A stretch of DNA of 64,000 bases, from the NCBI GenBank assembly GCA_027923505.1, contig BROI01000039.1, positions 1 through 64,000 on the forward strand, given 5' to 3'. Below the pieces are notes generated by a model. That model was not told the DNA's origin. It saw nothing but the letters and a program-made list of their open reading frames with translations, and searched no databases. The DNA comes from Mayamaea pseudoterrestris. Lineage: Eukaryota. A program made the translations under genes and the position numbers. Below, one piece after another: positions 1 to 11,269 of this stretch; positions within the stretch are counted from its first letter, which is position 1, and every line of letters starts with the position of its first letter.

Positions 1-3000
1 GCTGGTGTCTCAGGGGATGGCAATGTATTTGGTGACAACTTGTCACCAGTCTCAGCCTGCAGATGTCATGACATTCAAACGCCCCTACAGCAAGCCCTGT
101 AGGTGCCCAAATTACACCAGAATGGTGGCAACATCATTTTTTAGGCTGCGCTACAAGATGGTATGCTTGGCTGGTGTTTTAGGGGATGGCAATGTATTTG
201 GTGACAACTTGTCACCAGTCTCAGCCTGCAGATGCCATGACATTCAAACGCCCCTACAGCAGGCCCTGTAGGTGCCCAAATTACACCAGAATGGTGCCAA
301 CATCATCTTTCAGGCTGCGCTACAAGGTGGTAAGCCTGGCTGGTGTCTCAGGGGATGGCAATGTATTTGGTGACAACTTGTCACCAGTCTCAGCCTGCAG
401 ATGCCGTGACATTCAAACACCCCTACAGCAAGCCCTGTAGGTGCCCAAAATACACCTGAATGGTGCCAACATCATTATTCAGGCTGCGCTACAAGATGGT
501 AGGCTTGGCTGGAGTCTCAGGGGATGGCAATGTATTTGGTGACAACTTGTCACCAGTCTCAGCCCGCAGATGCCGTGACATTCAAACGCCCCTACAGCAA
601 GCCCTGTAGGTGCCCAAATTACACCAGAACGGTGGCAACATCATTTTTTAGGCTGCGCTACAAGATGGTATGCTTGGCTGGTGTCTCAGGGGATGGCAAT
701 GTATTTGGTGACAACTTGTCACCAGTCTCAGCCTGCAGATGCCGTGACATTCAAACACCCCTACAGCAAGCCCTGTAGGTGCCCAAAATACACCTGAATG
801 GTGCCAACATCATTATTCAGGCTGCGCTACAAGATGGTAGGCTTGGCTGGAGTCTCAGGGGATGGCAATGTATTTGGTGACAACTTGTCACCAGTCTCAG
901 CCTGCAGATGCCATGACATTTCAAACGCCCCTACAGCAGGCCCTGTAGGTGCCCAAATTACACCAGAATGGTGGCAACATCATTTTTGAGGCTGCGCTAC
1001 AAGATGGTAGGCTTGGCTGGAGTATCAGGGGATGGCAATGTATTTGGTGACAACTTGTCACCAGTCTCAGCCTGCAGATGCCGTGACATTCAAACGCCCC
1101 TACAGCAAGCCCTGTAGGTGCTCACATTACACCAGAATGGTGGCAACATCATTTTTTAGGCTGCGCTACAAGATGGTATGCTTGGCTGGTGTCTCAGGGG
1201 ATGGCAATGTATTTGGTGACAACTTGTCACCAGTCTCAGCCTGCAGATGCCATGACATTCAAACGCCCCTACAGCAAGCCCTGTAGGTGCCCAAATTACA
1301 CCAGAATGGTGGCAACATCATTTTTTAGGCTGCGCTACAAGATGGTATGCTTGGCTGGTGTCTCAGGGGATGGCAATGTATTTGGTGACAACTTGTCACC
1401 AGTCTCAGCCTGCAGATGCCATGACATTCAAACGCCCCTACAGCAGGCCCTGTAGGTGCCCAAATTACACCAGAATGGTGCCAACATCATCTTTCAGGCT
1501 GCGCTACAAGGTGGTAAGCCTGGCTGGTGTCTCAGGGGATGGCAATGTATTTGGTGACAACTTGTCACCAGTCTCAGCCTGCAGATGCCGTGACATTCAA
1601 ACACCCCTACAGCAAGCCCTGTAGGTGCCCAAAATACACCTGAATGGTGCCAACATCATTATTCAGGCTGCGCTACAAGATGGTAGGCTTGGCTGGAGTC
1701 TCAGGGGATGGCAATGTATTTGGTGACAACTTGTCACCAGTCTCAGCCCGCAGATGCCGTGACATTCAAACGCCCCTACAGCAAGCCCTGTAGGTGCCCA
1801 AATTACACCAGAATGGTGGCAACATCATTTTTTAGGCTGCGCTACAAGATGGTATGCTTGGCTGGTGTCTCAGGGGATGGCAATGTATTTGGTGACAACT
1901 TGTCACCAGTCTCAGCCCGCAGATGCCGTGACATTCAAACGCCCCTACAGCAGGCCCTGTAGGTGCCCAAATTACACCTGAATGGTGCCAACATCATTAT
2001 TCAGGCTGCGCTACAAGATGGTAGGCTTGGCTGGAGTCTCAGGGGATGGCAATGTATTTGGTGACAACTTGTCACCAGTCTCAGCCTGCAGATGCCATGA
2101 CATTTCAAACGCCCCTACAGCAGGCCCTGTAGGTGCCCAAATTACACCAGAATGGTGGCAACATCATTTTTGAGGCTGCGCTACAAGATGGTATGCTTGG
2201 CTGGTGTCTCAGGGGATGGCAATGTATTTGGTGACAACTTGTCACCAGTCTCAGCCCGCAGATGCCATGACACTCAAACGCCCCTACAGCAGGCCCTGTA
2301 GGTGCCCAAATTACACCAGAATGGTGGCAACATCATTTTTCAGGCTGCGCTACAAGATGGTATGCTTGGCTGGTGTCTCAGGGGATGGAAATGTATTTGG
2401 TGACAACTTGTCACCAGTCACAGCCTGCAGATGCCATGGCACTCAAACGCCCCTACAGCAGGCCCTGTAGGTGCCCAAAATACACCAGAATGGTGGCAAC
2501 AACATTTTTCAGGCTACGCTACAAGATGGTATGCTTGGCTGGTGTCTCGGGGATGGCAATGTATTTGGTGACAACTTGTCACCAGCCTCAGCCCGCAGAT
2601 GCCATGACATTCAAACGCCCCTACAGCAGGCCCTGTAGGTGCCCACATTGCACCAGAATGCTGCCAACATCATTTTTCAGGCTGCGCTACAAGATGGTAT
2701 GCTTGGCTGGTGTCTCAGGGGATGGCAATGTATTTGGTGACAACTTGTCACCAGTCTCAGCCTGCAGATGCCATGACACTCAAACGCCCCTACAGCTGGC
2801 CCTGTAGGTGCCCAAATTACACCAGAATGGTTGCAACAACATTTTTCTGGCTGCGCTACAAAATGGTATGCTTGGCTGGTGTCTCAGGGGATGGCAATGT
2901 ATTTGGTGACAACTTGTCACCAGTCTCAGCCCGCAGATGCCATGACATTCAAACGCCCCTACAGCAAGCCCTGTAGGTGCTCACATTGCACCAGAATGGT

Positions 3001-3100
3001 GGCAACATCATTTTTCAGGCTGCGCTACAAGATGGTATGCTTGGCTGGTGTCTCAGGGGATGGCAATGTATTTGGTGACAACTTGTCACCAGTCTCAGCC
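1..3100. repeat. 169-bp tandem satellite (family A), ~18 copies, runs off window start
   Basis: Near-identical monomers GCTGGTGTCTCAGGGGATGGCAATGTATTTGGTGACAACTTGTCACCAG... recur every 169 bp; variant pattern repeats every 1184 bp. Confidence 0.98.
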
Positions 3101-3495
3101 TAACACCGTTGACGATTTCGCAGTCAACGTCTTACCTCCAAAAAGCTCCGATACAGGGTCCTTGGCCACGGTCTGTACAGCTCTTGATGGAGATGGCTTG
3201 TTGAATAGTCTTGCGCTCGCCACTACACGAATACGACTGCACTCTCGTCGCAAACTAGTAGTTCTATATTGTGAGCTTATCGCTACATCGCTACATCGAC
3301 CACTCGGAAGATCATCCGATCAATCCGTTTCTTTCAATCACATTACATCAGTCGTAATCGATTGTTCCATTCATACAATGCATCCACACGACGGTTGCAC
3401 ACTTTCTTCATTCACATGTCACATACGACAGCTGCAGACTCGACACAAGCTAATTAGGGTTCGGGCTCTTGACTTCGCCGCTCTGCGACTTGTCA
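3101..3495 (-). repeat. 3' LTR (395 bp)
   Basis: Matches 9384-9778 with about 9 substitutions; minus strand reads TGACAAGTCG...GGTGTTA. Confidence 0.95.
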
Positions 3496-3503
3496 CTCCC
3501 CTC
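3496..3503 (-). other. Polypurine tract
   Basis: Minus strand GAGGGGAG immediately precedes the 3' LTR. Confidence 0.85.
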
Positions 3504-3629
3504 GGGTACGCTGCTCGTCGTAGCCGCATTCTTGTCCTTCACAATCGCATACGATGTATCGCCGCGCCAAAACAATACTGGCTTGAGCAATGGCATCGCA
3601 TCACAGTACGGCAGGTACCGTCTGCGGCA

Positions 3630-6600
3630 TCGCCCGGCATGTTCTCCTTTCCGTCAATCTTCACAAACTTGATAATCCCTGCAGCAACTGCCCAACGAAC
3701 ACGATGGTAGGCCAACGCATTGTGTCGCTTGGACAACGTTGAACTCGGGATTGTAGATTGCGTAATCACTGCTTGGTTGTCTCCGTACATCCAGGCAGAC
3801 TTCTCCAATGGTACGCCCATAGCCATGAGCGACGCACGTAGAGAAATGCTGATATCGCCGAATTCCGATCCGAAGGTCGCAGTCTCGACTGTAGCCTGGA
3901 GTTTGCAATGCCAGTCGACAGGCGTCTGGTTGACAAATGACAAAACTCCTTCCAATGACTTGCCTGTCACCATGCAATGCATGAGACACGCATCCTCGAA
4001 AGTTGACGTTCGGACAGTCACACCCTTTGGTGGTGGGTAGACATCCAACATCTCATCAACTCCATCCTTCCCGTAAACGCTGCGCTCCCAATCTTGTTCC
4101 TCCATGGTACCGAAGTATTCCTCGTTGGCTGGCCACTTCGTACGGAAACGGATTGCTGCGTCCGGTAACTCTCACAAATATCCACAGACTCGCTTCACCC
4201 GCTGCAGGTGTCCCTTGCGCGGCTCCACACGGAATCGCGACAGACTCACAACTGCTACGGCAATGTCAAATCGTCCCAAAGCAATCGCCCACTGAAGTGC
4301 TCCGACTAGAGACTGGTAAATCTTCTTCTCTTGGTCGTTCAGTAGCTCGCTTTGGTCAAGTTCTGGATGATCGTCTTTGTCGATTGGTGATGAGTACTTC
4401 TTCGGAGGACCTTCAAACAAACGCTCGTACTGCGCCAAGAGTTTCGCAACGTAGGTCTTGGCCGACCAGTAAAGGGTTCCGTCAGGGTCTCGTCCAAAGT
4501 CACCGCCGAGATGATACTCGGGATGTCCAACACCTTTGAGCTTAAACTTGTACTTCTCCTCTAGCATCTAACGCTGCTGGATCGTCTGAATTATTCAACA
4601 GATCGTCGACCCATACACAGAGGTAGTCGTAGCTGTCGCCGGCGTCCTTGATCCATAGATCGGAATCACAATAGGACGGCTTCCACCCTTCCGCAAGTAG
4701 GGCGTCGGCTAAGCGTTCGTGAAATCGTGCTCCGCTCGTTCGCAATCCGTACAAAGCCTTGATGATGACCAGGATGTGTCCTTCGCGCTCCCCAAACTTG
4801 GGGCCTCCAACGAAGTATACCTTCTCCTTGGTGAACGCTTTGAGATAAGCATTCCCAATGTCACCGACCATGCACTTCTTGCCGTTCGCTTCTCCAATGA
4901 CGAGAGCTAGACGCATTGCCTTCAATGAGATAACACTGGAGTAGGCATCGTCGTTGTCTTTCGTCAGGTGGCCGCCTGCAACGAGACGTGCCTTGTATCG
5001 CAAATCGTGCTTGACATCGTACACAAAGTGGACTCGGATCTTTTGGTAACCAGCTGGTGGTGCTGTGGTGGAACTCGGACCGAGATCTTGAAACGTCTCG
5101 TACTCGTCCAGGTTCGCAAGCTCCACGCCTTCCGCATCCGTCCACTTCGTGTGCCCTGCAGCTTCTTGTAGACGACGCGCTTCCTTCCAGTCTCGGGGTA
5201 CTTGGACTCCAAACTTGTAGCGCGGTCCATTCTTCTGCTGCTCCATTCGGGCGGTCGCCACCTTGCGCGCAACCTTCTTGGCGTTCCGGGCCCATCGATT
5301 CAACGATGTCCATCCGTCCATGTCGAGAAGATTATGCTTTTGCGCGTAGGCTGCCACTGATACCTTGTCGCTTTCGATCATCGCGTTGAGAGGCTCCCAA
5401 GTCTTGGATCCATCGTCCCATTGTACAAGGACGTTCCACTTGGAGTGCTTCCAGTTCTTCAACTTGCTCGTCAGCGGACCCTGATGGTCTAGAATCTCCT
5501 TGAAGAACCATTTACGCTCAGGATTTGCCATGTCTTGGTTCACTTCGTTCTCGTAGAGATCGGAAACCTCGACATAGGACATGACTTCGTCCGCTTCGCC
5601 GTTACCAAGCTTCAGCATCATTTTAATGTTCTGATGGTTCTGGGCGTCGCGGTTGTTCAGCTTGCTCATGACGGTCGCTCGAACTTCTTGCCCGTCGTCC
5701 GTCTTCATGAGAAACGACTTGCCGATAAGTTCATTGGGTGCATACTTCGGGAGTTTGCGCCACGGATTGATGTTCTTCTTCTTCGGCTTGTCGTCGTCGT
5801 CATCGGCAGGATAGGATCACCTCCCCCGTCGGTCATATCGTCGTCTTCCGGGTATTCCACCGTCTCAACCAAAGGGGTATCGTCTTTGTCAGGAATGAAA
5901 GAATCATCGTCTCTGCTGTCGGCGTCGGTAATCTTCTTGATCATTTCCGGCATAAGGATCTCGCCACCTAGACCAGGTACGGTATAGAGACGCGGCTCCC
6001 CTTCTTTCATGACTGGGGAAGCAGGTGCCGGGACGCGAAGGTTCAAAAATTTTGGGTCGTTTCGGGGTAGGCAAACCGATCGCGTCATGATCTCGTGGGT
6101 CTCGCAATCGCAGATGTAGTACGTCAGGTCATCTCCGCACGTCGTGTTGGGACCAAGCCAGTACGCCGCGCGCTGGCGTAGGGCCCCGACATACACCTTG
6201 ACAAAGTAGTTGACAATTTCAAACCAACGAAAATGCAAATACTTCGACACGTCGGGGACTTGCCCAGTGATAAACTCGATCGGAGACTTGCCGTCCAAGG
6301 CAGGATGCGACAAATGACGGTACATCTCGGTCTGAAAGAGTAAAGTGCGTAGCCAGAAGCATGCCGGAGTGCCCGTTCGGTCCATAAGTCGTTCATGACT
6401 TTCCTTTACGTGCCCGATGATGCGCTCGGCTGGATTTTGATTCTGATAGTACGGCTCCGATGTATGACGACGGCGAATCATGAACTCGCGCATTACTTCG
6501 TCAAACTCGGCACTCATCGCTTCTTTCGCATTATCCGAGAAGACTTCCAACGGAGCTCCAAACTCGCGGATGAAATCTCGGAATCATTTCGGTACGTCAA

Positions 6601-7966
6601 CTTTCGTCCGCATGGGATACACGACAATGATCTGACTGCGACAACCATAGAATAGCTGCACGCATGTGCACCCTGCATGTCCGTCGATATGATCATCCAT
6701 GGCTGGTTTGTCAAAGAACATGGTGTCATGGGCCACTCGATCATCTAGATGGTAGACGTTCAGGAATCGGCTCTTTCGATGCATTCGTGGGGGGTATCGG
6801 CGCTCGTGCATGTTGAACTGCGTGCTATGGCGCAAAGTATCTTTGATCGTCTGCGCCGGGTACCATGCAAAGTTCGGCAGCAATGCGTCGATATCAGGTT
6901 TCTTTGGCAGGATAGACTTGTAGGGCTGATAGACGAGATCTGCATTGTACTTCTGTATGACGGCACAAACATTCAGCTCCTTCTTGGTGTAAACAGGTTG
7001 ATTGTCATGTCCAAGATTCGTATAAGTTACGTTGCTTTGACGATGGGTGCGATTCCGCGTACGCAAACGTGTCACGCGCGTGAAGCCCTCTTCGTCGTCA
7101 CTGTCTTCGTCGTCTTCATCACGCGACAACAAGTCCGGTACGTCGTCCTTGTCGTCATCATCATCCGAAGAGTCATAGTCGTCGTCCTCGGTCGGTTCGA
7201 CGTCAAACTCATTCGGATCCCAAGGCCCATCAAAGGTCATCATGACCCGAGGTAGGGTGTGAAGCTCATGCGCCGACACTGGAAACATTGGCAAGGACGC
7301 CATGCCACTTTCCATTCCAAGCATAAACTTGTATCCGTCTGGCGTTTCGATTCGTAACTTGCCACCAAAGTTGTAATGCTTGTCGTTGACATGAAGTCCG
7401 AAGGCTTCCATCTGCATACTCGAATGAATCGTCTTGCCGGTTCCAGAATATGCGTAATTATGGAACTCGCCGACGACCCAACCCTTGGTGCTCTTAAGCT
7501 TGGCGACTGCTGTGACGGTAGACAGGTCCGGAAGTTTGAGACCACCGACTCCAGTGACTTCAATCTTGTGGAACTTGTCCTCGGTAAGGATGCGGCCGTC
7601 CGCTCCCCATACTCCGCCACTCGCGCCGCGATCGACAGTCGACGCTGAATGCTTATCCAAGTCAATGCTCGCGACTTTGTACTTGCGACTCTGAGCAATA
7701 TTCGCTCCCCGAGTCGTAGTCGTGGGCTGGTCTGGACCTAAGAAACTTCGCATCGCTGAGCCACGGCTGGTGTTGTTCACACGCTTGGTCGCCGCACTCG
7801 CCGTCGTTGCCGCTGATGAAGTGGCTGCGACGTTTGCGTTGCGTGTTGTACTCGTCGTCTGCGTGGTGCCTGCCTGTGTTGCTGATGTCGAACCACCTGC
7901 AGCACTGGCCGCTCGACTCGTACCACGGCGTTCAAACACTTCATGTTGCTGATCACGGGTAAGGAG
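3630..7966 (-). pseudogene. pol: pol (protease, integrase, chromodomain-like, RT, RNase H), disrupted
   Basis: PR DRGASGG; IN DDE residues in HDT/SDNA/PAER; RT YKARLVAGGH, ALYGLRTSG, WVDD; RH ETATFGSEF, GDNQAVI, KRHNALAYHRVR. In-frame TGA at 6584-6586 and 4172-4174, frameshifts near 5810 and 4570, apparent deletions in RNase H. Confidence 0.93.
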
Positions 7967-9286
7967 TCACCACGTGTTTGGTGGAATCGTCGCATTCACG
8001 TCGCTGGGAATTTCGATCGTCTTCGTGTCGGCATAGCTGCGAACATACGAACGAGTATCTCCCCGACCGCGGCCGCCGCCGCCTCGTCCCGTGCTCAAGT
8101 CGCCGCGACCACCGCCCCCCTGATTGGATTGCTGATTGTTGCTGCTACTTGGCGTAGACTGGGAATTGTTCGCGCTTGCCTTCTTCGTCTTCTCCTTCTC
8201 TTTCTTGGTCTGCTCAGATTGGTTCGCCTGGCGCTTCTCGGTCTCCTTGATGATACGACGATTGTCAGATTGACGTGCAACGTCATTCAGGAGGTTCCAA
8301 AACTGGGTGTACGCCATCGGGTTGCCGGTCTTGGACTCTTCGATCAGCGCCATGTTCACCGCCGCTGCCATATCTGCATGGCGGAAAACCGCGCGCTCCA
8401 AAATCTGACGCTTCGTGCTTGCTGTAAGTAGCTTGGTTTCCTCGGCGTAGTCATTGTAGTTCTCTTCCTTGCTGGACCACTGGATGAGCCAATTGACGAG
8501 AGACTTGGCGTAACCCGCGTCGAGGGTGAAATTGCGCCATTCGTCTTCGGCCGAACGTAGATCCAACTTGCGCGCCATCCCATCGAGGAATGTCGCCTCC
8601 AACTCTGCAATGCACGCTGAGGCATTCGCGCTGTCGATGTGCTTGCGGACAATGAGCTTGCTCTGCGGTGTCTTGCAGGTATACTCGAGCGCCGCTAAAA
8701 GCTTCGAACACTGATACTGATACTCGGCGAATTCGGGCTCGAGTGCAGCTGGTGCCTTGAACTCGTCGTCCCAAAAGTAGCCAAGTCGCTCGCTTCGCAT
8801 GCGGTTCTTGAAGGCCCGCCAGTAGGAGCAGAACTTGCGATCGTTCTTGAGCTCCAGCATGGTCTTCAGATCCAACTTGATGTCGTGTCGCTTCGTTGTG
8901 GTGTCGTTGCCTCCGATAACGCTGAAGTCTCCGAAACTGCGGTTTCCTGCGGTCGGCGACCCCGGTGCTACTGGTAGGTCTCGGCTCGTAATGTGGTCTT
9001 TCTCCAGGTCTTGCCATTGCGCAGTCGTCCGACGTTGCTCGTGAATCCAACTCATGAGCTTGCGCAATCGGCTTGTTCGTATCGTCGACCAATGGTACTG
9101 GTTCTTAATGTTCGTCACGTCTTGTTCCGACAACTCGGCCATCGCCTCCGCAGTCGTGAGTTCCTCGGATTCGAAGCATACTGCGGTAGGGTCGTTTGGA
9201 TCCCAAGCTGCGGACGCTGCGAGCCACGGAATGTCGAAGACTTTACCGACGGCACGCTTGTAGGTCGTTACATCAATCGTCGTCAT
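7967..9286 (-). pseudogene. gag: gag region, in frame with pol across a TGA
   Basis: 439-aa ORF directly after the 5' LTR with an RGG-rich C-terminus; reading continues in frame W*LLTRDQQHEVFERR into pol. Confidence 0.85.
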
Positions 9287-9383
9287 GGTGGAGGTTGATC
9301 AGAGGAATCGGACTCGCTGCAGACGAATGTGTCACGATAGCTCCCTCGCTCGTTCTCGCTCTCAAAGCACTGAAATGTTAATC

Positions 9384-9778
9384 TAACACCGTTGACGATT
9401 TCGCAGTCAACGTCTTACCTCCAAAAAGCTCCGATACAGGGTCCTTGGCCACGGTCTGTACAGCTCTTGATGGAGATGGCTCATCGAATAGTCTTGCGCT
9501 CGCCACTACACGAATACGACTGCACTCTCGTCGCAAACTAGTAGTTCTATATTGTGAGCTTATCGCTACATCGCTACATCGACCACTCGGAAGATCATCC
9601 GATCAATCCGTTTCTTTCAATCACATTACATCAGTCGTAATCGCTCATTCCATTCATACAACGCATCCACACGACGGTTGCGCACTTTCTTCATTCACAT
9701 GTCACATACGACAGCTGCGGACTCGACACAAGCTAATTAGGGTTCGGGCTCTTGACTTCGCCGCTCTGCGACTTGTCA
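9384..9778 (-). repeat. 5' LTR (395 bp)
   Basis: Direct repeat of 3101-3495. Confidence 0.95.
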
Positions 9779-11090
9779 TCCATGAGATTCAAACGCCCCT
9801 ACAGCAAGCCCTGTAGGGGCCCAAATTACACCAGAATGGTGCCAACATCATAATGCAGGCTGCGCTACAAGATGGTAGGCTTGGCTGGTGTTTCTGGGGA
9901 TGGCAATGTATTTGGTGACAACTTGTCAACAGTCTCAGCCCGCCGACGCCGTGACATTCAAACGCCCCTACAGCAAGCCCTGTAGGTGCCCAAATTACAC
10001 CAGAATGGTGCCAACATCATTATTCAGGCTGCGCTACAAGATGGTAAGCTTGGCTGGTGTCTCAGGGGATAGCAATGTATTTGGTGACAACTTGTCACCA
10101 GTATCAGCCCGCAGATGCCGTGACATTCAAACGCCCCTACAGCAAGCCCTGTAGGGGCCCAAATTACACCAGATTGGTGCCAACATCATTATTCAGGCTG
10201 CGCTACAAGATAGTAGGCTTGGATGATGTCTCAGGATATGGCAATGCATTTGGTGACAACTTAACACCAGTCTCAGCCCGCAGATGCCGTGACATTCAAA
10301 TGCCCCTACAGCAAGCCCTGTAGGTTCCCAAATTACACCAGAATGGTGCCAACATCATTAATCAGGTAGCGCTACAAGATGGTAAGCTTGGCTGGTGTCT
10401 CAGGGGATGGCAATGTATTTGGTGACAACTTGTCACCAGTCTCAGCCCACAGACACTGTGACATTCAAACGCCCCCAGCAAGCCCTGTAGGTGCCCAAAT
10501 TACACCAGAATGGTGCCAACATCATTATTTAGGCTGCGCTACAAGATGGTAGGCTTGGCTGGTGTCTCAGGGGATGGCAATGTATTTGGTGACAACTTGT
10601 CACCAGTCTCAGCCCGCAGATTCCATGAGATTCAAATGCCCCTACAGCAAGCCCTGTAGCTGCCCAAATCACACTAGAATGGTGCCAACATCATTATTCA
10701 GGTAGCGCTACAAGATGGTAAGCTTGGCTGGTGTCTCAGGGGATGGCAATGTATTTGGTGACAACTTGTCACCAGTCTCAGCCCACAGACACCGTGACAT
10801 TCAAACGCCCCTACAGCAAGCCCTGTAGGTGCCCAAATTACACCAGAGTGGTGCCAACATCATTATTCCGGCTGCGCTACAAGATGATAGGCTTGGCTGG
10901 TGTCTCAGGGGATGGCAATGTATTTGGTGACAACTTGTCACCAGTCTCAGCCTGCAGATGCCGTGACATTTAACTGCCCATATAACATGCCATGTATACA
11001 CCCAAATCACACCAGAATGGTGCCAACATCATTATTCAGTCTGCGCTACAAGATGTTATGCCTGGCTGGTGCCCTAGTAGACTACAAGGC
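9779..11090. repeat. 169-bp satellite (family A), ~7.5 further copies, diverging toward the edge
   Basis: Same monomer resumes after the LTR. Confidence 0.97.
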
Positions 11091-11269
11091 TAGATATTGC
11101 AGTAATTGAGTGGTAACTGTTGGCTATCTGAGAGCATACTCCTATAGTATAGCAATGTGTTTCGGATAGCTAACATGTTTTTAATTTGGGCCATTGCATG
11201 CAATACAACCATGACATCATATGGGTCGCTGCTGCAGTATTCCAAGTAATGTTGTAAGACTTGTCCAAA

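Larger units (their letters stand above)
3101..9778 (-). mobile_element. Ty1/copia LTR retrotransposon (CoDi-like), full length but decayed
   Basis: Two 395-bp direct repeats flank gag-PR-IN-chromo-RT-RH in copia order; polypurine tract next to the 3' LTR. Confidence 0.95.

Noticed and set aside
5..3103. Many 63-144 aa ORFs in satellite A (also 9888-11109)
   Set aside because: Artefacts of a 169-bp (non-3n) repeat; no recognisable domain
3454..3465. TTAGGGTTCGGG telomere-like motif in both LTRs
   Set aside because: Only one perfect unit; not a telomere array
3048..3710. 220-aa plus-strand ORF (and 9445-9816)
   Set aside because: Reads antisense through the LTR and satellite junction; no coding signature
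7967..7969. Programmed stop readthrough between gag and pol
   Set aside because: Two more in-frame TGAs and frameshifts lie inside pol; CGA-to-TGA decay explains them more simply
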